Below are positions 38,621 to 48,736 of a stretch of 64,000 bases of DNA, piece after piece. The stretch is from Snowella sp. (GTDB taxonomy: Bacteria; Cyanobacteriota; Cyanobacteriia; Cyanobacteriales; Microcystaceae): positions 5,823-69,822 of the forward strand of contig JAYKJI010000366.1 of assembly GCA_035285405.1 (NCBI GenBank). The letters are read 5' to 3'. Positions within the stretch are counted from its first letter, which is position 1, and every line of letters starts with the position of its first letter. The notes beneath the pieces were generated by a model that saw only the letters and a list, made by a program, of their open reading frames with translations, was not told where the DNA came from and ran no database searches. The translations under genes and the position numbers were made by a program.

Positions 38621-39595
38621 ATGAATAACCCCAATTCTCGTTTTTCTCTCTCCTCCGCTAAACGTTTCCGTCAGTGGCAATGGTGGGCAGTTCCTGGCTT
38701 TTTATTTTTGCTAGGTTTTGGGCTTTGGCAATATCAATCCCATCCCGAATGGCTAAGACAAATCAATCAGTCCCAGGCACCTGCCTCCATCCCTAATCCC
38801 CTAGGTGAAGACGAGTTCAAAAAAGGTGTACCTCTACCGCCGATAGATCCCAGCGTGACAAAAGTTCCGCCGTCAAAATCATCCCTATCGCCCTTACTCA
38901 TACCGACTAACAACCCCAATAAAGATCTTTTGGGAAATATCCCTGGTTTACCTAAACTCACTAATCAAAGCAATGATGCTAAAAAGACAGACAATAATTC
39001 TACTCAGTCTCCCTTAATGACCAACCGAGATCCCCAAGCATCGTTATTTCCTGCATTACTCAAAAATCCTCAGCCCTCTGCCAGTAATACTCGTCCCACA
39101 ATTCCTTCGGCCCTTCAAAAAACAGAATTATCCAGTGGAGAAGCTAACCCTCTACAAAAATCCGTGGATGAATTTGCTCCTGTTCCCAGAAATTATAATC
39201 CTTCCCCAATAGAAACCCCGGCTCGAAGTCTGCCACTGACCAATCCGCCCCTTACTACTGTCGATAACAATCGTTATTTTGGTACCAATCCTTCTAGTCA
39301 GCTTCCTAGTTCTACTAGTTCAGTCGGGGGAAATAATGCCTATCCTAGCGGGCAAAATTACAGTCTTCCCAACACCAATAACGGGTCAGCAGGAAGTTAT
39401 GCTAATCCTAATCCTAATCTTCCTCAGAACTATGGCGGAGTAAATCCGAATAACAGCTACAATCCGAGTGCTCCCATTAATAACGCCAGTCAACCCTATA
39501 GCACTATGCCCAATTCTTCCCAGAATTTTAATAATAGTCAACCGACCTATGGTTTACAGCCTCCTAAGATTCCAACCTCTACCTCTGGCTATTAA
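38621..39595 (+). CDS. membrane-anchored low-complexity P/N/S/Q-rich protein
   Basis: One hydrophobic helix ('WWAVPGFLFLLGFGLW') is followed by ~270 aa of proline/asparagine/serine-rich sequence. The ATG is at 38621. Confidence 0.45.
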   Translation: MNNPNSRFSLSSAKRFRQWQWWAVPGFLFLLGFGLWQYQSHPEWLRQINQSQAPASIPNPLGEDEFKKGVPLPPIDPSVTKVPPSKSSLSPLLIPTNNPNKDLLGNIPGLPKLTNQSNDAKKTDNNSTQSPLMTNRDPQASLFPALLKNPQPSASNTRPTIPSALQKTELSSGEANPLQKSVDEFAPVPRNYNPSPIETPARSLPLTNPPLTTVDNNRYFGTNPSSQLPSSTSSVGGNNAYPSGQNYSLPNTNNGSAGSYANPNPNLPQNYGGVNPNNSYNPSAPINNASQPYSTMPNSSQNFNNSQPTYGLQPPKIPTSTSGY

Positions 39596-39655
39596 CAAAG
39601 ATTGCTCAAAAGCTCAAAAGCAAGTTTTTTGTATCAATTTATAGGACTTTTTCCC

Positions 39656-40969
39656 CTAAAATACAAACACTAATTTAATTTGCCAATCGGAAGTTGTGGA
39701 CTTTTTGGGTGGCGTAATTTGGATTTGCCGAATAAATTCTCGAAAGTAAAAACGCCGTTCTATTTCTGATAGATCTAGCCAGAACTGTGGTATGGCTACT
39801 GCCTTAATAATTTTCTTGAGTTCTTCAGGCGGTAATTGATCTAATTGTTTTCGTAGTTGAGCAATTTCGGTTTTAAATTTGTAGATTTGCAGTTCTATTA
39901 TTTGTGGATCTAAGATACCTTGATTTTCTAAAGTGGGTAATTTCTGTATTGTTTCTTCCTTTTGCTGAATGGCTTGGCGGATGCCTTGTTTCACTTGATC
40001 CAGGTTAGGTAGATTTAACTGGGCGACGGTGGCTGGTAAATCTTGGCAAATTTGGCTAATAATTTTAAAGAGAATTTGCTCATAGTCAATTGCACTACAT
40101 TTTGGTTGACTCTGACAGTTGGCAGCCCGAAGATAAAGATAGGTTTTTGCCGGATTCTTTGTTTTTGGGGACTTCACTTGACTAACGGTAAAAAAGGATT
40201 GACAGACTTGGCAAAAAACTAAACCGGCTAGGGAACGGGGCGCACTGGCTGTTCTCGTAGCAAAGTCGCTACCTCGTCGCAATAGACGATCAATTTGGGC
40301 GGCTTCTTCTCTGGATAGGATAGCGGGATGATTGCCGACAACGACATCTTGATTGTGATAGCCTAAATTGCCTCGATAGACAGGATTTTTTAACCAATTA
40401 TGTCCTGTGGAAACAGCAATTTTTTTGCCATAACGTTTATTTAAATAACGAATGGCTTCTCGTAAGGAAGCGTACAGTAAATAATGCTCAAAAAAATCTT
40501 TAATGATGGGGGCAGTGGTACGATCTAAGATATAGCGACCCTGTTCTCGACGATAGCCATAGGGAGCTTTCCCTGGTGGTGGTAAGCCTTGAATACGATT
40601 GCGGGCATGACCCTGTTTTTGGCGTTGACGTTGCTGTTGTTGCTGAATATTTTCTAGCAGTTGGAGCCATTGCTGACGAGATGGGGGAGAGGTGGTGCTG
40701 TAATCTTGTTCGATCGCGATAATTTCAATTCCCAAGGCTTCTAAAGTCGTTAAGCGATCGCCGATTTGTGTTAAATTAGCCCCCAACTCTTCTAAACGAC
40801 GAACCAGTAGATAATTCGGTGGAGATAATTGGCAATCCTGTAATAAGTTTTCTAGTTGTTGATAATTGCCCAAGTCCACATAAACCTGATCTACTTCTAC
40901 TCCCCACATACAGCGATCAGGAGGAGATTCGAGCCAGGGATCACTATAAAGATAGGCAATAATTCGCAT
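39656..40969 (-). CDS. large serine-recombinase-like protein (resolvase N-domain apparently degenerate, recombinase domain and zinc ribbon present)
   Basis: The ATG at 40969 gives MRIIAYLYSDP. The recombinase-domain block is 'APYGYRREQGRYILDRTTAPIIKDFFEHYL...WLKNPVYRGNLGY'. The Cys cluster is 'CQVCQ...CQSQPKC', followed by a C-terminal coiled coil. Confidence 0.65.
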   Translation of the reverse strand: MRIIAYLYSDPWLESPPDRCMWGVEVDQVYVDLGNYQQLENLLQDCQLSPPNYLLVRRLEELGANLTQIGDRLTTLEALGIEIIAIEQDYSTTSPPSRQQWLQLLENIQQQQQRQRQKQGHARNRIQGLPPPGKAPYGYRREQGRYILDRTTAPIIKDFFEHYLLYASLREAIRYLNKRYGKKIAVSTGHNWLKNPVYRGNLGYHNQDVVVGNHPAILSREEAAQIDRLLRRGSDFATRTASAPRSLAGLVFCQVCQSFFTVSQVKSPKTKNPAKTYLYLRAANCQSQPKCSAIDYEQILFKIISQICQDLPATVAQLNLPNLDQVKQGIRQAIQQKEETIQKLPTLENQGILDPQIIELQIYKFKTEIAQLRKQLDQLPPEELKKIIKAVAIPQFWLDLSEIERRFYFREFIRQIQITPPKKSTTSDWQIKLVFVF

Positions 40970-41032
40970 CGTAATAGACCCAATCGGGACTGAGAAACGA
41001 GTCCGCGACACTTCCTTCAAAAGACAGTTATT

Positions 41033-41926
41033 TTAGTACATATAGCCAGAGGCCACAATCATAGAGCCGATTCCCAAATCACTGAAAACTTCCAATAGCA
41101 AGGCATGGGGCAACCGACCATCGATGATATGGGTAGCTCGTACTCCTTGGGCTAGGGAGCGTACACAACAATTAACCTTGGGGATCATACCGCCAGCCAC
41201 CACACCTTCTTGAATTAAATCTCGGGCCTGTTGAATATCTAATTTGGTAATCAGGGTTGAAGGATCTTTGTAATCTCTGAGAATGCCGCGAGTATCGGTC
41301 AGTAGGATCAACTTTTCGGCCCCTAGAGCCGCTGCCACTTCACCAGCAAAGGTATCGGCATTAATATTATAGGCCTGTCCCGATTCATCCGCCGCCACAC
41401 TGGAAATCACTGGAATATAGCCACTTTTCCCTAGGGATTCGACTAAACGCGCATTAACAGAACTGACTTCTCCCACAAAACCAATATCTTTGTTGGAGAT
41501 TTGTCGAGCCGTGACCAGATTGCCATCTTTACCACAAAGACCGACAGCCTGACCGCCCGCTTGATTGATCAAAGAAACTAATTCCTTGTTAACACGACCG
41601 ACTAGAACCATTTCCACCACATCCATCGTGGGCCCGTCTGTCACCCGTAACCCGTCCTTGAACTTGGCTTCGATGCCTAATTTATCTAACCAGGTATTAA
41701 TTTCGGGGCCACCACCATGCACCACGACGGGACGCACACCGACGGAAGCCATAAAGACAATATCTCGAATCACTTTATCTTTGAGAGAGCTATCCTTCAT
41801 GGCTGCCCCCCCGTATTTAATCACAACTGTCCGTCCGGCAAAGTGTTGAATGTAGGGTAGAGCTTCACTGAGAATCCGAACTCTAGTTGCTGCTTCTTCG
41901 CCGATGTAGTCGCTGGTATTGCTCAT
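41033..41926 (-). CDS. argB: acetylglutamate kinase
   Basis: 297-aa ORF. '[10 protein letters not shown]', '[10 protein letters not shown]' and '[15 protein letters not shown]' are present. Confidence 0.95.
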   Translation of the reverse strand: MSNTSDYIGEEAATRVRILSEALPYIQHFAGRTVVIKYGGAAMKDSSLKDKVIRDIVFMASVGVRPVVVHGGGPEINTWLDKLGIEAKFKDGLRVTDGPTMDVVEMVLVGRVNKELVSLINQAGGQAVGLCGKDGNLVTARQISNKDIGFVGEVSSVNARLVESLGKSGYIPVISSVAADESGQAYNINADTFAGEVAAALGAEKLILLTDTRGILRDYKDPSTLITKLDIQQARDLIQEGVVAGGMIPKVNCCVRSLAQGVRATHIIDGRLPHALLLEVFSDLGIGSMIVASGYMY

Positions 41927-42014
41927 AGTGAATTTGAATTGGTAAAAATTTTATAACTGAGTGTTTAGTTTAAAAGAGGATGAGGCCCTGAAAACTGTTC
42001 ATCGCAGACAGTTC

Positions 42015-43565
42015 TTAGAATTGATCCCCCTGTTGACGGGAATTTCTGGCTATTGATCGAGGACTTGCTACTTGGGATCTTTCACTAGGTACTGGAAAAG
42101 CGTTGGGTGCCGTTAGAGCGGTAGAACTGTCTTCCTGATTAAGAGCAAGGGGCGTTTTAAGGGGTGATGCCGAAGGCACATTTTGTGACCGCGCTGACAT
42201 TACAGCCGTTGGCATTTTTAGAGTCGGTGGGGTGCTAACCGTGGCAGGAGCAGACGGATTAGCAAAACGGGGATTTTGCCATAATACTAATCGTTGTTGA
42301 ACGTCGATCTGATACTGTAATTGCAGGGAGGTATTTTTGAGCATCTGATCCGCATAGAGTTGTTGCTGAAGGGCTTCTGTGGAAGAAACCAAATTCCCTA
42401 AACCATCCACTAATTTTCGTAGGTTATTCCGAAAGGTGGGATCGCCTGTCACCTGTTCCACATCGGAGGTGATTTTTTGGGTATTTTCAAAGGTCACTCT
42501 CGCTGAGTCCAAGGTTTTTTGAATGGTTAATAAAATCGTCGGATCATTGAATTGCTTAGAAATTTCCTGCAAGTTTTTACTGGTTTCTGCGGCATTACTT
42601 AAGACAATTTCTAAATTTTTAGCCAACTTATCGGTATCAATCGCATTTAGGCCTCGATTCACACTCACTAAACCATTGTCAAGAAGTTGTACCGATCCTT
42701 GTAGGCGACGGCTAAGATTTTGAATTTCCTGGCTTGTCCCTTGAATGCTGGTTAGGGTCTGGGTAACATGGCTACGGTTTTCGAGCACTAGCAGGTTTAG
42801 GTTTTGCATGAGTTGGGCCGAATCTCGAATCGTTTTGCTAATACTGGACTGATTCAGGCTGACAATCTGATTCAAATTTTGGGTTAATTGATTCGCACTA
42901 TGGGCTGCTCCGGCGATCGCCTTAGTCGTATTAGAAACACCACTGATTTGATAACGAGCCGTTTTTGACAACAGTGCAATTTCATCACTCATACGAGCAA
43001 TTCGGTTAGCTGCCAAGGCCGCATTACGGGCCGTAGAATTAAGATTACCAACAAATTCGGGATTACTATAAACCTTACTCAGTTGGGTTAAGCTGGTCAT
43101 CAATTGAGCACCGGCTTCTCCTTGAAAGCGTTCATTATGGCAAAAAATTTGCTGTAACTTGAGACAATCTTGACTGGTTGGATTGAGGGCCAATTCTTTC
43201 TCTGTTAACTTCCGTTGGGGCATAATATCAATCGAGGCTTCCCCAATTAAGCCATAACGACTTACTTGAATCAGGGAGTCCCTGGGAATTTTGAGTTGGG
43301 TAGAAGCAATATCCAGAGCGGCTTCGATGCCATTACTACTGGGTAACAGGGCCGCAATTTTGCCGATCGCCACCCCGCGAAAGCGTACCGGCGCACCAAC
43401 CTGTAGTCCACTAGCATCATCAAAATCGACAAAAATACGGTAACTAGGCGTTCCAAAGCCTCCTCCTCGTAGCCAAATCGCCACTCCACCTAGCACGATT
43501 AACCCCAATAGGGCAAAAAGACCAACGGATCCTTCTCGAAGGGTGCGGGGACGGAGCATAGTCAT
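42015..43565 (-). CDS. MlaD/MCE-domain protein (TGD2-like ABC transporter substrate-binding component) with long helical C-terminal extension
   Basis: An N-terminal anchor is followed by the MCE block 'FDDASGLQVGAPVRFRGVAIGKI'. It lies immediately downstream of the ABC ATPase. Confidence 0.75.
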   Translation of the reverse strand: MTMLRPRTLREGSVGLFALLGLIVLGGVAIWLRGGGFGTPSYRIFVDFDDASGLQVGAPVRFRGVAIGKIAALLPSSNGIEAALDIASTQLKIPRDSLIQVSRYGLIGEASIDIMPQRKLTEKELALNPTSQDCLKLQQIFCHNERFQGEAGAQLMTSLTQLSKVYSNPEFVGNLNSTARNAALAANRIARMSDEIALLSKTARYQISGVSNTTKAIAGAAHSANQLTQNLNQIVSLNQSSISKTIRDSAQLMQNLNLLVLENRSHVTQTLTSIQGTSQEIQNLSRRLQGSVQLLDNGLVSVNRGLNAIDTDKLAKNLEIVLSNAAETSKNLQEISKQFNDPTILLTIQKTLDSARVTFENTQKITSDVEQVTGDPTFRNNLRKLVDGLGNLVSSTEALQQQLYADQMLKNTSLQLQYQIDVQQRLVLWQNPRFANPSAPATVSTPPTLKMPTAVMSARSQNVPSASPLKTPLALNQEDSSTALTAPNAFPVPSERSQVASPRSIARNSRQQGDQF

Positions 43566-43648
43566 TCCTCTGGCGGGCTAAACAGGCTTGCAATCACAAT
43601 GAAGCGAAAGAAGGAAGGGATGTTTCAGAAAGATTTTGTCCGGTTGAA

Positions 43649-44431
43649 CTAGTCGATTACCCGAATGGGCCCATCTACCCTAGCACTAAAAAATTGTCGG
43701 ATCAGAGGGTTATCTGTGCTGTCAATTTCCGTAACTGGCCCCTGCCACTGTACTTTGCCTTCATAGAGTAGCACAACGCGATCGGCTGTTCTGCGAATTG
43801 TACTTTCCTGATGACTAACCATAATATAGGTTTCACAACCCCCAACAGAAGATTGTAAATAGCGCACTAAATCTTCCACTACGGTAGAGGCGATCGGATC
43901 CAGTCCGGCAGTCGGTTCATCGTAGAGAATAATTTCAGGATTGTCTTCGGGATTATCGGGATTGGACATAATTGCCCTAGCAAAACTCACTCGTTTTCGC
44001 ATTCCGCCTGATAGTTGCGATGGATAGCGATCGCCGATATCCTGAAGTCCCACCATTGCCAATTTTTCTTCGACCAGTTTACGGATCATACTGCGTGATA
44101 ATTGGGAATGTTCATAGAGTAAAAAGCCGACATTTTCCTCCACTGTTAGAGAATCAAAAAGAGCCGACTGTTGAAAGACCAAAGCGATCCGCATGGGATT
44201 ATCCCCATCTTCTACCAAACCAGTCCGTACCTTGCCTTTAACAAGCACATCTCCCTCATCTGCTGGTAGCAAACCGGCCAGAATTCTTAAAATAGTCGAT
44301 TTTCCCGTACCGGAAGGGCCAATGATCACCAATGCCTCACCTCGATAAATCGTCAGATCGATTCCATCTAAAATGACTTGATTCCCAAAGGTTTTACGGA
44401 CTCCTTTTAACTGGATTAAGGGTTCAGTCAT
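43649..44431 (-). CDS. ABC transporter ATP-binding protein (MlaF/TGD3-like)
   Basis: Walker A 'GPSGTGKST', signature 'LSGGMRKR' and Walker B 'ILYDEP' are present. Confidence 0.9.
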   Translation of the reverse strand: MTEPLIQLKGVRKTFGNQVILDGIDLTIYRGEALVIIGPSGTGKSTILRILAGLLPADEGDVLVKGKVRTGLVEDGDNPMRIALVFQQSALFDSLTVEENVGFLLYEHSQLSRSMIRKLVEEKLAMVGLQDIGDRYPSQLSGGMRKRVSFARAIMSNPDNPEDNPEIILYDEPTAGLDPIASTVVEDLVRYLQSSVGGCETYIMVSHQESTIRRTADRVVLLYEGKVQWQGPVTEIDSTDNPLIRQFFSARVDGPIRVID

Positions 44432-44689
44432 CGGAAAATAATAAAAATCAACTTTTTTGATTATAATCCCCCTCTAACTCGAAACTCCTAGTTTTGAGAA
44501 TTGCCCCCTAAATTTCCCCAATGCTAGGGGACTTTGAACCGCAAAAGATAACGATCTCCCCCAAACTTGGGGGCTGGGGGGCGAAAAACTCCAGTTCCAA
44601 AAATAGACGGGGTTTAATCCCTAAGTCTATTTCTCAACCGTAACCCAGGCAGACTGCCCGACAACAGTTCCAAATTCCTAAATTCCCAA

Positions 44690-45415
44690 ATGGCAAACCA
44701 CTTTTTTTATCCCTATCCTCCCCTTATTTTGGGGAAATTACAGAAACGCTATAAACGCTTTTTTGCTGACATTGAATTAGAAACAGGAGAAATGATCACC
44801 GCCCATTGTCCCAATACTGGCCCGATGACTGGCGTTTGTCAAATTGGAAATCTAGTCTACGTTTCCCAAAGTAATAATCCTAAACGGAAATTGGCTTATA
44901 CCTGGGAAATGATCCAAATTCAAGATACCTGGGTAGGTGTTAATACTAATCTGCCCAATCAGGTGATTAAACAGGCATTAACCCAGAAAATTTTTCCTGA
45001 ATTAGCTGGCCTATACGACACTGTAAAATCAGAAGTTCCCTACGGCCAAGATCGAAAAAGTCGCATTGATTTTCTCTTAAGTCAATCCGGTCAGCCAGAT
45101 ATTTACCTGGAGGTGAAAAATACCACGCTTGCTCAAAATCAGTTAGCTCTCTTTCCTGATACTGTCACCACCAGGGGACAAAAACATCTAGAAGAATTAA
45201 CGGCTCTTCTTCCCTCAACGCGATCGGTGATGTTGTACTTTATTAATCGAGGCGATTGTTCAGAATTTTCTCCAGGCGACGCATTTGATCCTAATTACGG
45301 CCAGTTATTACGACAAGGAATTAGCCAGGGACTGATAGTTTTACCCTGTCGTTTTGGAGTCAGTCCTCAAGGCATGCGTTATTTAGGACTGGCTCAATTA
45401 AACATGGACAACTGA
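44690..45415 (+). CDS. sfsA: DNA/RNA nuclease SfsA
   Basis: 241-aa ORF. 'KRYKRFFADIELETGEMITAHCPNTGPM' and 'IDFLL...YLEVKNTT' (PD-(D/E)xK) are present. Confidence 0.85.
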   Translation: MANHFFYPYPPLILGKLQKRYKRFFADIELETGEMITAHCPNTGPMTGVCQIGNLVYVSQSNNPKRKLAYTWEMIQIQDTWVGVNTNLPNQVIKQALTQKIFPELAGLYDTVKSEVPYGQDRKSRIDFLLSQSGQPDIYLEVKNTTLAQNQLALFPDTVTTRGQKHLEELTALLPSTRSVMLYFINRGDCSEFSPGDAFDPNYGQLLRQGISQGLIVLPCRFGVSPQGMRYLGLAQLNMDN

Positions 45416-45482
45416 ACCCGTAAAAATTCCTCCGAATCAGGAAGATTGACAACCATCAGAAGCACAAATCATCACAATCAGA

Positions 45483-47831
45483 TTATGGCTGAACCTGAAC
45501 CGGAAAACCTTGTTGGCGCAGATAATCAGCCGTTGCTTTACTAGGCGTATAGTTATAGCCAAACTGCGATTCTGTGTTGTCATGAATAATCTGGGGAGTT
45601 AACATCACAACCACTTCAGAGCGATTAGTTGTATCAGTTTGGCTACGGAATAAAGCCCCAATAACAGGGAGATCTCCTAAAATGGGGACTTTACTGGCAA
45701 CAGACTGATCCTGCTCAGAGATAATTCCCGACAAAATTAACGTTTGACCATCACGCAAACGTAATAAACCTGACGTTAATTCTCGTTTATTAATGAGAGT
45801 TAAAGTATTATTTGCCCCAGTGCCGCTTTCAAACTGTTGCTGTGCTCCTGGTGAGGCAACAATCGGCTTAACAGATAGAGAAATAAAGCCATTATCATCA
45901 ATTCTATCTATACTTACTTGTAAAGTGAGCCCCACGTCAGAAAGAACAGGAGTTGTCGTTCTTACTCCGCTAAGAGGATCAACCTGAGTATTAACACTAC
46001 TAACGACAGATTGAGTTAATTTGACGCTTGCCTCTTGACCTTCCTGAATAACTAGAGTAGGGTCGGTTAAAATTTTGGCATTGCCACTTTGAATCTGAGT
46101 AAAAATCTGGGCTTGGAACTGTCTAGGATATTGGAAAAAGGTGGGAAGTCCGTAGGTTGCCGAAGCACTAGTAATTGTTTGCACTCCATTGGATATTACA
46201 GATTGGGCTGGGGTAAAGTCGGTTAGACCTGTTACCAGTGGGTTTGTTGAAACACCAGCGACAGAAGGAAAAATTACACTATCGATGGTAGCACCTGTTG
46301 TAATACCTTGTATCGTGGTTGGATTATTGGTATCTAAAAACACATTCGCGGTATTAAGTGGATTGGTTACAATCGGGGGATTACTAATGAGTCCTGTTGC
46401 GCTATTCAGCACATTTCGAGAAACAGGTGCTGTACTGCCAAAACGCATTACTGCCGCTCCATTATCCTGTACAAAATAGCTATCCCCTGAGCCAAAGGAA
46501 AAACTACTGTTGTAGTCCTGAATATTGGTTAAATTGATATCAACGATTTTGACGTTGACCGCAACTTGACGACGGCGAGCATCTAGCTGAGTTAAAAGGG
46601 TTGTTGCAATTTCAACTAATCGAGGTTCTCCTGTTAAGGTTATGGAATTTAGACGAGAATCAGACGCAACAAACAAACCCTTAAGAGGGGTAACGCCCAA
46701 CGGCTTGACTGCTTCATTTACCTGTAAAGGCTGAATTTGAGGGGCCGTGCGAGTTATGTAGGAACGGCCTGTATCTGGATCTCTTACCGGCCTTTCATCT
46801 CCAGGGATCAAAACATTAGATTGCGCTCCTTGTATAGCAAGAAATGCTGTTGCATTCTCAGCCGAGACCTGATTTAGTCGAATTGTTCTGGTTATAATAT
46901 TACGTGCTTCATCAGGTAATCTTCTCGCTACATATATCATGTTACCCTGACGTGAAGATTTTAGTCCTGTAGCAATTAAAACTGAATTAAAAACGTCTTG
47001 GACAGTTTCGTTTTCTATATCTAATGAAATAGTAGGGAAGTTAGATCCTCCACCTTGAGAAGTTGCTTCTGCCGATCCAGTACTACTTAATCCTAAATTA
47101 TCGGGTATAATGATATTAATACCTATATAACGTGCTAAAACCTTAAGAACTTCATCTGCTGGAGCCCTACGCAAGACTAAACGAGGAATCATGGCTTTGC
47201 CTGCTGGGCCTAAGTCCACAGGCTCAAATCTGGTATTAATATTGGAAATCGACATATCCCCCACGGGAGGGGCGACAGCACGGGGTAAGACGGGAGCAAC
47301 CGGAACTGTCGGATTGAGAATATCTGGATTAGCTGTACCATTTGATCTAATGATAATCTCTGGATTAGGAACCATGACACCATTAGGCGATGAGGGAGCC
47401 GAAGGGAGAACGGGAATATCTGAAGGTAAATTGGGAAGCTGGGTAACCTCTTGGACGTTACCTAGACGTTCAGACTGTTTCTTTATACCAGACGGGTTGC
47501 TGATCCCGATGCTCTGCTTCTGCTCCATGTTGTGAGAATCAATATTATCGACTAGATGACCTACGGGAATTTTTCCTTGAATCAGATCGGGTATTCCGTT
47601 GACTAAACTCTGATTATTTTCATCAAGTTTTAATGCCCTGGCCAATAGCTGATGCGAATTAGAAGACTCAGAACGCATTGGGTCGTCTTGCTTTGTCTGA
47701 AGCGTAGACAAAGTTATGGATGATGAGGAAGATGTGTCTTGGGCAGAAACGTCGGAGGCGTAGGTCGGTTGGACTGCCATTAATATACAGGCCGTAACTT
47801 CAGCAACTAAGCAAAAACGTAAATAATTCAC
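45483..47831 (-). CDS. pilQ: type IV pilus secretin PilQ
   Basis: 782-aa ORF. The C-terminal secretin domain is 'VPILGDLPVIGALFRSQTDTTNRSEVVVMLTPQII'. It is the last gene of pilMNOQ. Confidence 0.85.
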   Translation of the reverse strand: MNYLRFCLVAEVTACILMAVQPTYASDVSAQDTSSSSSITLSTLQTKQDDPMRSESSNSHQLLARALKLDENNQSLVNGIPDLIQGKIPVGHLVDNIDSHNMEQKQSIGISNPSGIKKQSERLGNVQEVTQLPNLPSDIPVLPSAPSSPNGVMVPNPEIIIRSNGTANPDILNPTVPVAPVLPRAVAPPVGDMSISNINTRFEPVDLGPAGKAMIPRLVLRRAPADEVLKVLARYIGINIIIPDNLGLSSTGSAEATSQGGGSNFPTISLDIENETVQDVFNSVLIATGLKSSRQGNMIYVARRLPDEARNIITRTIRLNQVSAENATAFLAIQGAQSNVLIPGDERPVRDPDTGRSYITRTAPQIQPLQVNEAVKPLGVTPLKGLFVASDSRLNSITLTGEPRLVEIATTLLTQLDARRRQVAVNVKIVDINLTNIQDYNSSFSFGSGDSYFVQDNGAAVMRFGSTAPVSRNVLNSATGLISNPPIVTNPLNTANVFLDTNNPTTIQGITTGATIDSVIFPSVAGVSTNPLVTGLTDFTPAQSVISNGVQTITSASATYGLPTFFQYPRQFQAQIFTQIQSGNAKILTDPTLVIQEGQEASVKLTQSVVSSVNTQVDPLSGVRTTTPVLSDVGLTLQVSIDRIDDNGFISLSVKPIVASPGAQQQFESGTGANNTLTLINKRELTSGLLRLRDGQTLILSGIISEQDQSVASKVPILGDLPVIGALFRSQTDTTNRSEVVVMLTPQIIHDNTESQFGYNYTPSKATADYLRQQGFPVQVQP

Positions 47832-47903
47832 AATACACTCCTCATCACACGTTCAAAACCAATTATTCAATATTTATGGAGAATCCGTAAGGTTATTTAA
47901 GAT

Positions 47904-48704
47904 TTATTTTTTTTCTGGTGCAGGGGAAGCATCAGGGGCCGGAGAGGCACCAGGGGCCGGAGGTGGTGGAGCTAAGGCTGCAATTTCTTCCGGGGTTAGC
48001 GGTAATAGAACTTCTAACGTCATACTCGTGCTTAAGGTGTCATTCGGTTCTGCTTTAACCTGCACCCGATTATCTTTTTTGATCACTGTAATGGGAAAAT
48101 CCGGTTTAACGAGATCTGTTTTAAGATCTTTCATGACAATTAACGGCTGTAATCGCTCTAAATCTCGGATCAAATTGTGAGTATTGCCAAAGGAACCTTT
48201 CAACGTGACGAGAAAGGTTTGGCGTTTCAGTTTATTGTTGACCGTGGGACCTAAGGAGCTATCTCCAACAATAATGGGATCGCCCTGGGGAGAGAAAGTC
48301 AAAAGATTGACCTTACGAGCTTGAAAAAGTTGACTTAAATCCAATAGCAGCGTTTGTAAGTCATTACTATTAGCAAACAATCCTAGCACTTGAGTTTTAC
48401 GATCCTCTGCTTGTTTTAGCTTTAATTCTGCCTGGGCTAGACGAGTCTCTAACTGACTAGCTTTTTGAGTATCGACTTCCTGTTGTTTGGCTGCTTGATC
48501 TGTTACTAACTTTTGATATTCATCCCAAGCTGGCAAGAAAAAGCTAAATAGAATGTAGAAGGCACCAACGATACCCAACACTCCTAAGGAAATACCAGTT
48601 ACCCTTGGCGTAAAGGTAATCCCAAAGGCAGTCGGATAATTCTCATTACCCTCAAATTCAGAATCGAGAATAGTTGTTGTCGTATAGTCTTCGGTGAAGG
48701 TCAT
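47904..48704 (-). CDS. pilO: type IV pilus assembly protein PilO-like
   Basis: 266-aa bitopic protein with a coiled coil, positioned between pilN and pilQ. It has a Pro/Ala-rich C-terminal tail. Confidence 0.6.
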   Translation of the reverse strand: MTFTEDYTTTTILDSEFEGNENYPTAFGITFTPRVTGISLGVLGIVGAFYILFSFFLPAWDEYQKLVTDQAAKQQEVDTQKASQLETRLAQAELKLKQAEDRKTQVLGLFANSNDLQTLLLDLSQLFQARKVNLLTFSPQGDPIIVGDSSLGPTVNNKLKRQTFLVTLKGSFGNTHNLIRDLERLQPLIVMKDLKTDLVKPDFPITVIKKDNRVQVKAEPNDTLSTSMTLEVLLPLTPEEIAALAPPPPAPGASPAPDASPAPEKK

Positions 48705-48736
48705 AATAGTCTTCGTTTCTCTTCAAAGGAACCGCG

